Positions 26,375-36,197 of a stretch of DNA of 64,000 bases are shown piece by piece (the first letter of the stretch is position 1; the number at the start of each line of letters is the position of its first letter). Origin of the DNA: Escherichia phage dune. The stretch lies in sequence record MN850636.1; one strand, written 5' to 3'. A program made the position numbers and the translations under genes. The notes under the pieces were generated by a model that saw only the letters and a program-made list of their open reading frames with translations, made no database searches and was not told the origin of the DNA.

Positions 26375-26628
26375 AGTGTGATTTCTCCTTTCTTTATCAT
26401 CTCTAAGGCTTGTTTTCTGTCTAAAACTTCCCAATTTTCTTTGTTAAACATGTCATAAGGTCTTGCATAGATTTTACCATCTGCTGTAGAGATGTAAGAG
26501 ACACCAGCGACCCATGAGTCATCATTTTGTTTTATCATCATATCTGTGCTACTCACATAGTACAGCGTTTTCCGAGGTTTATGGAGCAAATATATGGGCC
26601 ACTCATGATTTGCTATTAAATCTTTCAT
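26371..26628 (-). CDS. Hypothetical protein between nrdA and nrdB (start moved to 26628)
   Basis: GGAG RBS before MKDLIANHEW; ATGA overlap with nrdB start. Confidence 0.35.
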   Translation of the reverse strand: MKDLIANHEWPIYLLHKPRKTLYYVSSTDMMIKQNDDSWVAGVSYISTADGKIYARPYDMFNKENWEVLDRKQALEMIKKGEITL

Positions 26629-26683
26629 AGTTTCTCCAAAGTTAATTTTAGAGGGTCTTTTACGACCCTCGTAGTTATTAAAA

Positions 26684-28918
26684 CTAAACACCACAACCCT
26701 CGCAATAAGCATCTTGCAGTGCAGATTTACCTACACCAATGCGACTGTTAAGGTAGTACATGGTTTTCATACCTACTGAGTTGGCATAAATCATGTACTT
26801 CAAAGCTTGAGCCAATGATACCTTCTTAGACTTTGCATAGTCAACATAGAAATCTGAAGAGATAGCTTGACCAGTGAACTTTTGAACAATTGCATAACAA
26901 TCAATCAGGTCAAAGGTGTCAATATCCCAAGCAATTTCATAGACATACTTCAACTCTTCGTAATCTGGAACAATAAACAGTACGTTACCAGTTGCAGACT
27001 TTTTAGTTAAAATAAAGTCACGAATTGGATACAAGCCGTTTGTCGTATTAGTTGCCAGTGAAGAACTCTCATTAGGCATGTAAGCTTCTAATACAGAGTT
27101 ACGGATTCCACCATTTTCTTTAATACGTTGTGCTAAGTCATCCCAATCATAACGAAGTTTTGCATCATGCTTCTCATCAATCTTCCTGTTAGCTGTCTTT
27201 GGAGGAACCCAACCTTCAGGATATTTAGTGAACTGCATATACTCAGGCACACCACGTTCTTTAGCAAGTCTTAAAGAAGCTTCGTGTAAGTAGTAAGAGT
27301 GCATTTCAGCAAGCTCATGAAGCTTCGTCTTACCTGCTCTTGAAGAGTAGTTCACGTAGTTTTTCGCAAGGTAATGAGCCACATTTGTAAGGCCAATCCC
27401 AACAGAACGACGCTTCTGAACATGGTTACGCATCGACGGATACGGATAATCCATAAGGTCAATAACGGAGTCAACCATTGCAAGAGCATAATAAGCAACG
27501 TCAGCGTATTCATCTTCTGAAATTCTCCCTGCAACCAAACTAGCTAGGAAGCAAAGAGCTACCTCACCATCCTCTTTCACAGCGTCATCTCTGTAAAGGT
27601 CTGTCTCTTTCTCAAAGCCATACACTGGCAACACAATTTCCATACAAAGATTTGACATCTTCAAAGGTTCTTTAAATGGTGTATGTGTGTTTGCATTATT
27701 TGTGAAGAATGGATACACACGGCCTGTTGCATAACGCTGCTGGATAAACAGTTTAGCAATTTCACGAGCCTTCACACGTCTGTGCTTGACACCTGAATGC
27801 ACTGCATGACCAACTGCCATAGCAAACTCATCAGCAGATGCTGTGTAGAACATGTCATAGAGTTTTGGTGCATCTTTGTAAGAGAATAACAACCAATCTG
27901 TATCATACTGAACACACTGCCAGAAATAATCGTTTGTGCCGAATGAGTAGTCCATCTCGTTAATACGTTTAGAAGGAACCGTTGTAGGGTGCTTCAAACG
28001 CAGTAAATCTTCAATCTGCGGGTCTAGAGCAGTGTAGAAGTTATTAGCTGAACCACCACGACTCTTCTGTTTGTTTGCCTCTACAGATGAACGTACAAGC
28101 TTGTAATAAGGTAGCTTACCCATGTGCTCAATAGTATTTTGACGGATACCATCACCAATAGTGCGAGTCTCCATCAGCATACCAATACCAGCTTGCTTTG
28201 TGGTCATATCATAAGCAACCTTTGCAGCAATACCGAGAGACTCAGCAGTATCATTTGCCTTAATCAAACAGCATGACGCATAACCTGATTTAGTTGCTCT
28301 TAAACCATTTAAATAAGGCGTAGGAGCGTTAATCTTCAGGTCGGATAGGTAAGTGTACAGTTTGATAACATCTTGCAGTCTACGGTGCTTTGGTTGCTTC
28401 TCAAAGGCTTTCATAGCCATACCCATAAACATAAATTGTGGTGACTCAAACAGTCTTCCCGTTTTAATATCACGGATGCCGTACTTGTCTCTGAACTGTT
28501 TCAAGACTGCATAACCGTAAGAGATATCTTTTGAGTGCACGATGTAACCTTGCAGGTATTCAAGCTCTTCCTGTGAATAATCCATCTTCTCCCAAAGTCC
28601 TGCTCTCTCCATATTTTTAACGAAGGTAATCAGCGTAGGAACCTTAGTAAAGCCTCCAAAGGCTTCTTTGTAGATAATCCCTAGAAGTAGCCGTCCAGCC
28701 ATATCTGAGTACTCTTGAGTTTGTTTATCAACACAAACATCAATCATGGCTTGGTGCATCTCTTTTGTGGTGCATCCTTCATAAACACGTTTCATAGCTT
28801 CCATAGTGACTTCTGACCAGATAATTCCACGTTTATCTGCCCATGATGCCCACTTATTCAGTCTTTCTGGGTCAAAGCTTACTACTGTACCATTTGATTT
28901 TTTAATTGTCTTAATCAT
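26684..28918 (-). CDS. nrdA: Ribonucleotide reductase class Ia large subunit
   Basis: 744 aa; NLCMEIVLP block; C-terminal CEGCGV redox cysteines. Confidence 0.9.
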   Translation of the reverse strand: MIKTIKKSNGTVVSFDPERLNKWASWADKRGIIWSEVTMEAMKRVYEGCTTKEMHQAMIDVCVDKQTQEYSDMAGRLLLGIIYKEAFGGFTKVPTLITFVKNMERAGLWEKMDYSQEELEYLQGYIVHSKDISYGYAVLKQFRDKYGIRDIKTGRLFESPQFMFMGMAMKAFEKQPKHRRLQDVIKLYTYLSDLKINAPTPYLNGLRATKSGYASCCLIKANDTAESLGIAAKVAYDMTTKQAGIGMLMETRTIGDGIRQNTIEHMGKLPYYKLVRSSVEANKQKSRGGSANNFYTALDPQIEDLLRLKHPTTVPSKRINEMDYSFGTNDYFWQCVQYDTDWLLFSYKDAPKLYDMFYTASADEFAMAVGHAVHSGVKHRRVKAREIAKLFIQQRYATGRVYPFFTNNANTHTPFKEPLKMSNLCMEIVLPVYGFEKETDLYRDDAVKEDGEVALCFLASLVAGRISEDEYADVAYYALAMVDSVIDLMDYPYPSMRNHVQKRRSVGIGLTNVAHYLAKNYVNYSSRAGKTKLHELAEMHSYYLHEASLRLAKERGVPEYMQFTKYPEGWVPPKTANRKIDEKHDAKLRYDWDDLAQRIKENGGIRNSVLEAYMPNESSSLATNTTNGLYPIRDFILTKKSATGNVLFIVPDYEELKYVYEIAWDIDTFDLIDCYAIVQKFTGQAISSDFYVDYAKSKKVSLAQALKYMIYANSVGMKTMYYLNSRIGVGKSALQDAYCEGCGV

Positions 28919-28936
28919 TTTCGAATCCTACAGATG

Positions 28937-28962
28937 AAAAGAGCCTCCGAAGAGGCTCCGTA
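28937..28962 (-). terminator. Hairpin GAGCCTC-CGAA-GAGGCTC with T-run (minus strand) upstream of nrdA
   Basis: Perfect 7 bp stem with tetraloop. Confidence 0.45.
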
Positions 28963-28964
28963 GT

Positions 28965-29297
28965 TTAAATCTTGAAAATTTGCTCATTCTGCCACATATC
29001 GTAAAACTTATCACTTACCTTTGTGACTGAAGATGTGTGCATACAATTGACGAACCATGATATATTATTGCTCATAATAATTTCAAGCTGTTTTGTGACA
29101 TCAAAATTCATGTCTTCAACAACATAATTACCTCGCATCTTGCAAACAATTCTTCCAAACAAGATTGCACTTCTGCCTCTTCGGTCATCACAGTACATAA
29201 CTGTGTCCCCGTGCTTAACATCTTGTCCGATACTATCAACACCTAATTTAGCACCTGAGATAATGTCATCATAAGATAGCTTTTTTGCTTTAGACAC
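28965..29297 (-). CDS. Hypothetical protein
   Basis: 110 aa ORF. Confidence 0.4.
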   Translation of the reverse strand: MSKAKKLSYDDIISGAKLGVDSIGQDVKHGDTVMYCDDRRGRSAILFGRIVCKMRGNYVVEDMNFDVTKQLEIIMSNNISWFVNCMHTSSVTKVSDKFYDMWQNEQIFKI

Positions 29298-29622
29298 GGT
29301 ATTTCTCCAAGTTTCTTTTTAGATACAACCAACCATAGTCAGTCCTTTCTACACCCATAAAGAGTGGAGCCATCACAACTTTACCGAAAGTATTCCTGTG
29401 TTGGCAGATTTCAAAGGAATACTCTTTCTCAATATCAATCCCGTATTTGTACAGGACTGCTTTTAAAACTTGTTCATTGTCCAGAAGTGTATCTGGAGTC
29501 TCACCATATTTTTCTAGTAACGGGTCATTCATAAACACCGTCATAGAAATATTGTAGTTTGAGAAGTGGCTCTTCTGAGCCACACCCTCTTTATTAATGT
29601 TCTGTGAATCCATTATAACCAA
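29290..29622 (-). CDS. Hypothetical protein
   Basis: 110 aa ORF. Confidence 0.4.
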   Translation of the reverse strand: MVIMDSQNINKEGVAQKSHFSNYNISMTVFMNDPLLEKYGETPDTLLDNEQVLKAVLYKYGIDIEKEYSFEICQHRNTFGKVVMAPLFMGVERTDYGWLYLKRNLEKYRV

Positions 29623-30349
29623 CCCCTTTTAACCAGCACTTCAGGTTATTAGCATCATAATTCAGTTTCGGGTATGAGGTTACATGGAACTGCTCACCAT
29701 CATAATAGACAATATCTGCAATCCATAGTCCATTCTCTTTACAGAAGTCTTTATCTGCTTTAGAGGTAATTGGATTAACTTCTACAAAACCATCTACACC
29801 CAAATCCTTTAAGCTACCTACAATACCTTTGCAGATAACGCATGTCTCAGATACTACCACAAAAAGTTCTTGGCTTTCAAGCTCTACAATGTATTCACCA
29901 AGCTGTACTTTAGGGAGATTTGATTGCTTCATAATCTTCCCATCGGCTGCACGAACAATCGCATACCACTCTTTACCATCAACTACTGACATTCTGATAA
30001 TACACTCTTGACCAGTACGCTTTTCAATGTCTGCAAGACGTTTTAAAGCTTCTTCATAGTTATCTGTGTACTTCAGGTCATTATTATGGCAAACAGCTTT
30101 CATAGCACCGTTATGGTCATGTTGTGACAGATAAATCAAGCCGTCAAGAACATATTGTAAATCTGCCTGAGCATCCAGTGTCTCAATGGGGTCTTTCTCT
30201 TCAATTGCTTTTACAAGCTCTTTTGCTTCTTCAAGCATACACAGAGATTGAGATTTTAAAGATTCCCAATACTCATCACTGTAAGGTTGCTTTTGAGTGT
30301 TTCCACAACGAAGGTTCCAGTTTTTTACTGATTCTCTTGAGTTAAACAT
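29594..30349 (-). CDS. Hypothetical protein; N-terminal region weakly MazG-like (NTP pyrophosphohydrolase fold)
   Basis: 251 aa; EEAKELVKAIEE..DLQYVLDGLIY resembles MazG helices. Confidence 0.3.
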   Translation of the reverse strand: MFNSRESVKNWNLRCGNTQKQPYSDEYWESLKSQSLCMLEEAKELVKAIEEKDPIETLDAQADLQYVLDGLIYLSQHDHNGAMKAVCHNNDLKYTDNYEEALKRLADIEKRTGQECIIRMSVVDGKEWYAIVRAADGKIMKQSNLPKVQLGEYIVELESQELFVVVSETCVICKGIVGSLKDLGVDGFVEVNPITSKADKDFCKENGLWIADIVYYDGEQFHVTSYPKLNYDANNLKCWLKGVGYNGFTEH

Positions 30350-30588
30350 TCGGACTCCTTAAAATATTTGTTAACCTTTAGCTCTCGTGTTTCAATATAC
30401 TCTAGATGCTCACGTAGCTCTTGACGTTTAAGCATTAGGTGCTGCATTTGAGATTCAACAGCTTCAACTTCTTTAATTATTGACTCTCTAGCATTTGCAA
30501 GAACGCGCTCAAGTTCTTCAATCTTGCTGTCAACTTTTGCTACATGACTCACAGCTTTACTTTTGTTAAACATTTTATTCTCTCTCAA
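30325..30588 (-). CDS. Small coiled-coil protein
   Basis: 87 aa ORF. Confidence 0.35.
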   Translation of the reverse strand: MRENKMFNKSKAVSHVAKVDSKIEELERVLANARESIIKEVEAVESQMQHLMLKRQELREHLEYIETRELKVNKYFKESECLTQENQ

Positions 30589-30594
30589 TAGTTA

Positions 30595-31095
30595 TCAAGC
30601 ACAATTTGCTTTCATGACCTTATGGATTCTTTTTTCAGCATCTTCATAAGTTTCTTTAGTAATAAACTTAATTGCTGCAATATTGGCATTGTAGAAGAGT
30701 CTGAGCTTCGAGTCAATCCTTTTTGTCATTACATCGAACTTATGTTGAAGGTTTGCTTCACCATAAACTAGACCACCTTTTGTGTAGTAGGTTTGGATAA
30801 TGTAAAAATCAAAAGATTCCTTTCCAAAGCTCTCAATATCTTTTTTAATATACTCAGAAGAAGTCTCGTAAGTCATCCAATCACTTTCCTTAGTAACTAC
30901 CTTCTTCCGAGTCTTCCCAGCAACTTTTCTTTTGGTCACACTGTTAAGCTGTTTCTTACCCAAATAGTACTGTCCAGTCTTTTTGCAGTACACTAGGTAG
31001 ACAAAACCAAAGTGCTTTGCTGGGTCAACTTCACCACATAGTGAAACCCAATGTCCATATTCAGGACAATTGCCAAAACCTTTTATTTTTCTCAT
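30595..31095 (-). CDS. Putative GIY-YIG family endonuclease
   Basis: 166 aa; FVYLVYCKKTGQYYLGKK resembles the GIY..YIG module. Confidence 0.5.
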   Translation of the reverse strand: MRKIKGFGNCPEYGHWVSLCGEVDPAKHFGFVYLVYCKKTGQYYLGKKQLNSVTKRKVAGKTRKKVVTKESDWMTYETSSEYIKKDIESFGKESFDFYIIQTYYTKGGLVYGEANLQHKFDVMTKRIDSKLRLFYNANIAAIKFITKETYEDAEKRIHKVMKANCA

Positions 31096-31616
31096 TCATA
31101 AGCTTCTCCGTGATTTGTAAACTCTTTATGGAGTTCTTCTCTTTTCTTTTTGACAACTAATTCAGCCTCAGCGATAGAGTCAAATAAACCTAGATGATAG
31201 CAAACTTTATTATGCTTGACTTGTGCAGCCCATCTACCTCTTTGCTTATGGTAATATACACCCTTCACACCAGATTTATTATCTCTTCTTTTGGCTGCAT
31301 TACAGTTATTATCTGACCTGCTACACTCTCTCAAATTGTCGAACCAGTTGTCGTGCCTGATACCATTCTTATGGTCAACAAATTTTGGTAGGTATCCTTT
31401 CATATACAAGAATGCCAGTCTGTGTGCTGCATATCTTTTCCCGAAGAGTTTTATGTAGATATAACCACTATGATGTTTAAGACCCGCTACTGAGCCAGCT
31501 TTGGCCTTACCTTTTCTATTAACTAACCAAGTAAAGACCCCTGTTTCGGGGTCATAGTGCAGGTATTCTTTAAGAGTTTGTTGGGTTAACATTTGGTGTC
31601 CATCCATACTTATCAA
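31092..31616 (-). CDS. HNH homing endonuclease with AP2-type domain (paralog 2)
   Basis: 174 aa; YDPETGVFTW, VDHKNG..DN..N, GVKGVYYH..GRWAAQV. Confidence 0.7.
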   Translation of the reverse strand: MISMDGHQMLTQQTLKEYLHYDPETGVFTWLVNRKGKAKAGSVAGLKHHSGYIYIKLFGKRYAAHRLAFLYMKGYLPKFVDHKNGIRHDNWFDNLRECSRSDNNCNAAKRRDNKSGVKGVYYHKQRGRWAAQVKHNKVCYHLGLFDSIAEAELVVKKKREELHKEFTNHGEAYE

Positions 31617-32616
31617 AAGTGAAATCGTCTTTCTTATTTCTTTCCTGATAAGCTAAGAAAAAGTGTTGCTGCATTAACTCTAAAGGTGTTCTGGTAATTG
31701 TTTGACCATCCCACGAGACATAAGTGTATGACTCTTTCTTAGCATAAAGCTCATAAATTGCATCAAGACACTCTTTGTAAGTGGTTTTACCTTCAAGGGC
31801 TTTCATTATAGTAACCTTACCAACACCCTTTAAACCGAAATAATTATCCGCATTATCACCAGCCACGGCTTGATAGCAAAGAAATTTAAAACCTACCCCA
31901 ACTGTCTTCTTAGCTTTGGGTGTCGATTTTATTGGGCAATCCCAAATTTCACCAACGTTGTTATCAGCAATGAAAATCAAAGGTGACTTTTCATAGGTCA
32001 TATCAATGCAGTAAGTCCCTTCAGCTTGGCGAAGGTCTTTATCAATACTCATCAAGGCAGCCTTTTTACCCATCTTTTCAGCTTTAGCAATAACGATAGA
32101 GTCAGCTTCGAATCCATCAAGAATTAGCTTGAACTCTGGCCTTGACAGAAGATACTCGCGACAAGCAACTAAGTGTGTTGGTGTGACAGCATCTTTACGG
32201 TTACCTTGATATTGGTGCTCAAGACCTTTAATGTCTTTATGTTTATGCACACCTTTCTCTGTTAAATAACCTACCCAAGTTCTTTCTTTACCAACAACCT
32301 TAAGCCATTCCTGAAGCACCTGTTGAGTAGCCATGATAGCTTCTTTTTCACTCTTAGCTTCTTTCCAAGTCTGTCTTTCCCATTCATCTTCATCAAATGT
32401 CAGGCCAAGCTCTTCCACAAGGATTCTCTGGTCTGCTAACCATCTTGCAGCATCTTTCGCATTATCAAACGAATCAGATTCTTCTGCTGTGAGTTTATTG
32501 ACATATTTATATTTTGCTTTCTCAACTACACAAGCACCTTTATAGGCAATACTGTCAGAGTCAATAAAAACATGTGTAACTGAATCGGGAAGTTTTGTTA
32601 ATGTGTACTTCTCCAT
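31570..32616 (-). CDS. 5'-3' exonuclease / flap endonuclease (FEN, RNase H-like)
   Basis: 348 aa; acidic N-terminal cluster FIDSDSIAYKG, GFEADS, and GDNADNYFGLKGVGKVT helix-hairpin-helix-like block. Confidence 0.6.
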   Translation of the reverse strand: MEKYTLTKLPDSVTHVFIDSDSIAYKGACVVEKAKYKYVNKLTAEESDSFDNAKDAARWLADQRILVEELGLTFDEDEWERQTWKEAKSEKEAIMATQQVLQEWLKVVGKERTWVGYLTEKGVHKHKDIKGLEHQYQGNRKDAVTPTHLVACREYLLSRPEFKLILDGFEADSIVIAKAEKMGKKAALMSIDKDLRQAEGTYCIDMTYEKSPLIFIADNNVGEIWDCPIKSTPKAKKTVGVGFKFLCYQAVAGDNADNYFGLKGVGKVTIMKALEGKTTYKECLDAIYELYAKKESYTYVSWDGQTITRTPLELMQQHFFLAYQERNKKDDFTFDKYGWTPNVNPTNS

Positions 32617-32627
32617 TATGGCTCTCC

Positions 32628-32660
32628 ATATGAAAAAGCCCCATACTAAGTACAGGGCTT
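32628..32660 (-). terminator. Hairpin AAAGCCC..GGGCTTT between SSB and FEN genes
   Basis: Inverted repeat with T-rich 3' arm. Confidence 0.35.
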
Positions 32661-32678
32661 TAAAGTAACTTTTAGAGA

Positions 32679-33536
32679 TTAGTCTTCTGTGTCGAAGTCT
32701 TCATCTTCTTCGTCATCTGGGTCTGGCAAATCTTCATCATCACCATCATCAGAAGTATTCGAAGATTTATGGTCTGTTGCGTCTTCTTCAGTGATTTCAC
32801 CGTTATCTTCAACACCATCAAGACCAAGCATAGCCAGTTCATCTTCATCCAGTTCAGGTTCACCATTAGCACCGTTACCACCAGTGTAAGGTACAAGGGT
32901 ATCAATGATAAACTGTTCCTGAATAGGTTTTGTCAGAACATTGTTCTCAAAAGTGTAGAAGTGAGTAGAAAGAATCACACTACCAAAAGAACCGTTACCA
33001 ACTGCGATATCTGGATGAATTACATCATAGTTCTTGTCATCTTCATGTTTATCAGATGCTTGAGCTTTGATTTTCTTCATCGGCTGCTTAACAGCTACAC
33101 GCTTACCATTTACTTCTTCAATCAGCATTACAGGGAATGACTGTTTAGCTGTCCATACAGCACCATCTTTATAAGCTGCTGCACGACTTACTTTCAAGAT
33201 GTAGTAAGTGTCTGCTTCAAAAGGTGGTTTACAACCAAACTTCTCTTCGAAGTCATCTGCATCAACTGCTTCAGTAGTAACTTTGTCCCAGCCTTCTGGG
33301 TTTTTCTTAGACTTAGTAAACTCTTTAAACAGCTTGTTACCATCTTCTGCCAGAATTGACACACTGTAGTTACAGTCTTTGCCTGGGAATTTCTTATCAA
33401 TAGACTTACCTTTCCCCGGACGTGGTGAAGTATTCAGGTAATAAAACCAGACATCTTTCAGCAGGTAACGCAGAGTTTGACGTTCAGTACCGTTGTATTT
33501 CTCTACCGGAGCTTTCATTTTAACAACTTTAGACAT
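32679..33536 (-). CDS. Putative ssDNA-binding protein with acidic C-terminal tail
   Basis: 285 aa; C-terminus PDPDDEEDEDFDTED; placed between exonuclease and primase-helicase; preceded by a strong promoter. Confidence 0.45.
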   Translation of the reverse strand: MSKVVKMKAPVEKYNGTERQTLRYLLKDVWFYYLNTSPRPGKGKSIDKKFPGKDCNYSVSILAEDGNKLFKEFTKSKKNPEGWDKVTTEAVDADDFEEKFGCKPPFEADTYYILKVSRAAAYKDGAVWTAKQSFPVMLIEEVNGKRVAVKQPMKKIKAQASDKHEDDKNYDVIHPDIAVGNGSFGSVILSTHFYTFENNVLTKPIQEQFIIDTLVPYTGGNGANGEPELDEDELAMLGLDGVEDNGEITEEDATDHKSSNTSDDGDDEDLPDPDDEEDEDFDTED

Positions 33537-33573
33537 TATTTAAACCTCTATCTCAATTTATGAAGAGTACCAA

Positions 33574-33602
33574 TTCTAATTTGTTGATACTCTATTGTCA
33601 AA
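33574..33602 (-). promoter_or_regulatory. Sigma70-type promoter TTGACA-N17-TAGAAT upstream of SSB-like gene
   Basis: Hexamers and 17 nt spacer read from minus strand. Confidence 0.5.
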
Positions 33603-33608
33603 TACTAA

Positions 33609-33758
33609 TTACTGGAAGTTGTGCTTATCTTTAGAAGCTGCTTTACGTGCAGTTTTTCCAGTTCTTACACGTTTCTCTTCATAGTATTTTGCTGGTTTTC
33701 CAGCAGTGGCTTTTAAGGAATCCCCAAAAACTTTTTCAAATGCTTTAGAGTGTTTCAT
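33609..33758 (-). CDS. Small basic protein (49 aa, not in ORF track)
   Basis: GGAGAA RBS 7 nt before ATG; hand translation MKHSKAFEKVFGDSLKATAGKPAKYYEEKRVRTGKTARKAASKDKHNFQ. Confidence 0.3.
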   Translation of the reverse strand: MKHSKAFEKVFGDSLKATAGKPAKYYEEKRVRTGKTARKAASKDKHNFQ

Positions 33759-34048
33759 GATATTCTCCGATATACTTGATATTCAAACACATTTTCTTTA
33801 ATTATAAACAGCCAGCTAATATTATGCTGAGGCAGCGCAATGATGACTGTAATCATGCTCTGGTGGAAATCTTGTTTTATCTCAACTTCCCCATCGCATT
33901 TCATGTGGAGCATTCTATAGAACCTATCAATCTTTGTCAAACACTCTTCCTGAAATTTATTTAAACTTTTTTCTTCAAAGAAGGGTGTGAACCCCTCTCT
34001 TTTATAACTATCACTCAGTTTCAAACGGGCAGTCATCTGCATCCTCAC
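33755..34048 (-). CDS. Hypothetical protein (start uncertain; overlaps 3' end of primase-helicase)
   Basis: 97 aa track ORF. Confidence 0.3.
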   Translation of the reverse strand: MRMQMTARLKLSDSYKREGFTPFFEEKSLNKFQEECLTKIDRFYRMLHMKCDGEVEIKQDFHQSMITVIIALPQHNISWLFIIKENVFEYQVYRRIS

Positions 34049-36002
34049 TTAATACAGGTGGAATCGTTGAGCTTTGACGTTGTTCTTCAGTATAGACTTC
34101 ACCAGTCTCACGGTCAAACACTTCATCCTCATAATGAGGCAAAGAGTCATCATAATGGTCTTCAGCTTCACCAATACCAAACTGTTGACGAATATTTTCT
34201 GCTGCGCCATCAATGTCAACACCACATCCAGAAGCTTTAATAAGACGTCCTGTATCTGGATTATACCAAGTATGGCCAGCAATACCTGTTGACTTACCAT
34301 GACGACGACACTTAGTTAACTTGATTTTTGTCAAGTTTTTCTTAACTGGGTCTGGGTCAACCTTGTTACGCATTAACAGAATGTTATTCATAGAAATCTG
34401 AAAATACGCACCAGAACCTTTGATATCCTCTTCAGAGATATCTCCACCTTCAGAGTTAGCTTTCTGACCACCTGCACTCTTACGAACGTGACATACGTTT
34501 ACCTGCGCATACTGGTAGCGTTTGCAACGACGCAATAGCTCAGACAAAACTTCTTCTTCATCCGTATCAGAACGTGACAGGGCTAACGTGATAGGGTCAA
34601 GAATGATAATCTTACAGTCTAAACTGTTAACAAGATAGTCAACAAACTCTAGCAGGTTATCTTGGTCAATTGCCCCTTGATGGTCAACGATATGGATACG
34701 ACGGCCTTTAGATAGTTCTGCGTGTGCTCCTTTTAATTCATCCCAATCCCGTTCATCATAAGGAATCTCAGAAATCTGCTTGCTCAGGTGGATTGCACAG
34801 AGCATCTCCATCAACTCTTCATAGGTATCTTCTACAGGAATTACACCGATATTATAATCAGTTTCTTTCCAAGCTGAGTAAATCATCTCACGAGTGTAAG
34901 CTGACTTACCTACTGAAGATGGTGCTGCAATAGTTGTAATCTCACCTAGACCATAACCACCATAAGTCAGCCTGTTCAAATCTCCGAAAGATTCTGGGAA
35001 AGGAATCAATGGAATCTGACCACGATTCTTCATTGCCTCAAAACCATCTGCAAAGTTCTTGATACCAGCAGGACAGTAACGAGGTGCATTGTAGATACGC
35101 TGCTTAAATCCTTCCAGAACTGTATCTTTCTCTTTATAGAACTTTGTCCACCACTCGTTAAGGTCTTTTACGCCTTCTGGATACTGGAATAAGCGAACCT
35201 TCTCAATAGGTAGGATACCAGCAGCCTCTTTGGTAGCTTTAGCACCTGCTTCATCGTTATCAAAGCACAAGTAAATCTCATCAAATGATGTGATGTACTG
35301 ATAGTTGTCTTTGATAGACTTAATGTTTGCACCTGATGGAACAGATACGTGACAGTAATTCTTACGACGAGACTTGTCCTTAATCGCAAGAGAAGTCATA
35401 TAGATTGCTGTCGCACATTCCATCTCACCTTCCCAGATGAATAGACGGTTACCACCTTCTGGAGCAATCCATGAACCGAACATTGCCAGTTCACCTTTAA
35501 TGTCTCCAACACCACCAGAAAAGTCTTTTAGCTTACCACGTAGGTGCTCTTTTGGATGGTCTTCTGGGTAACGGTGACGAACACGGTAACCAACATGTTC
35601 TAGCTTACCATCTTCATTACGTTTGTAAGTTGGATAGAAATGTGCGTCAATTTCACCATCACTGTCAATGTCAACCTTGATACCTAAGCGTTCAAGGACT
35701 TTTGCAGGAATCTTCCTGTCTTTCAAGTCCATTGCTTCTAGGTTTTCTTTTACATCGTCTAAATCCATTCCACGGAAAGTACGGTTTTTATTGTCTGAAC
35801 CAGTAGAATAAGTGCTCACGATTTGTCCTTTATCAAAATCCCACTCTGGGAAACCTTTGTTACAACTAAAGCAAGTCATCGAATAAGAATCATCGTCATG
35901 ATGATAGATTGAACCAGCATCTGATGAACCACAACGTGGACATGCGCAATGACCAACAAACTGACCAGCCTCTTTCAATTTACGACCTTTAGACATTAGC
36001 AC
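34011..36002 (-). CDS. Bifunctional DNA primase-helicase (T7 gp4-type)
   Basis: 663 aa; N-terminal zinc ribbon CPRCG..CFSCNKG; TOPRIM region; Walker A GKSAYTREM; DnaB-like C-terminal half. Confidence 0.85.
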   Translation of the reverse strand: MLMSKGRKLKEAGQFVGHCACPRCGSSDAGSIYHHDDDSYSMTCFSCNKGFPEWDFDKGQIVSTYSTGSDNKNRTFRGMDLDDVKENLEAMDLKDRKIPAKVLERLGIKVDIDSDGEIDAHFYPTYKRNEDGKLEHVGYRVRHRYPEDHPKEHLRGKLKDFSGGVGDIKGELAMFGSWIAPEGGNRLFIWEGEMECATAIYMTSLAIKDKSRRKNYCHVSVPSGANIKSIKDNYQYITSFDEIYLCFDNDEAGAKATKEAAGILPIEKVRLFQYPEGVKDLNEWWTKFYKEKDTVLEGFKQRIYNAPRYCPAGIKNFADGFEAMKNRGQIPLIPFPESFGDLNRLTYGGYGLGEITTIAAPSSVGKSAYTREMIYSAWKETDYNIGVIPVEDTYEELMEMLCAIHLSKQISEIPYDERDWDELKGAHAELSKGRRIHIVDHQGAIDQDNLLEFVDYLVNSLDCKIIILDPITLALSRSDTDEEEVLSELLRRCKRYQYAQVNVCHVRKSAGGQKANSEGGDISEEDIKGSGAYFQISMNNILLMRNKVDPDPVKKNLTKIKLTKCRRHGKSTGIAGHTWYNPDTGRLIKASGCGVDIDGAAENIRQQFGIGEAEDHYDDSLPHYEDEVFDRETGEVYTEEQRQSSTIPPVLSEDADDCPFETE

Positions 36003-36189
36003 CTCTTCGTTGTAGTTCTGCCTTCAATCCATTTTCAATCTTGTCCAGTTCATGAATTTCATCTGCAATCTCTTTCCTTCGTGATTCAACTCTCTTAAGA
36101 CGTTCAATCATTACCTCATTGGAAAGAGATGAGAGTTCCACTAAACGGTGGTCAATAACTTTAAAATTGTCTTTTACTCTCATCTTCAT
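35989..36189 (-). CDS. Small coiled-coil protein
   Basis: 66 aa ORF. Confidence 0.35.
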   Translation of the reverse strand: MKMRVKDNFKVIDHRLVELSSLSNEVMIERLKRVESRRKEIADEIHELDKIENGLKAELQRRGANV

Positions 36190-36197
36190 TCTCTCTT

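Noticed and set aside
32672-33140. Ser-rich and low-complexity ORFs overlapping the SSB-like gene on both strands
   Set aside because: Products are homopolymeric, generated by the acidic-tail codon repeats of the real gene.
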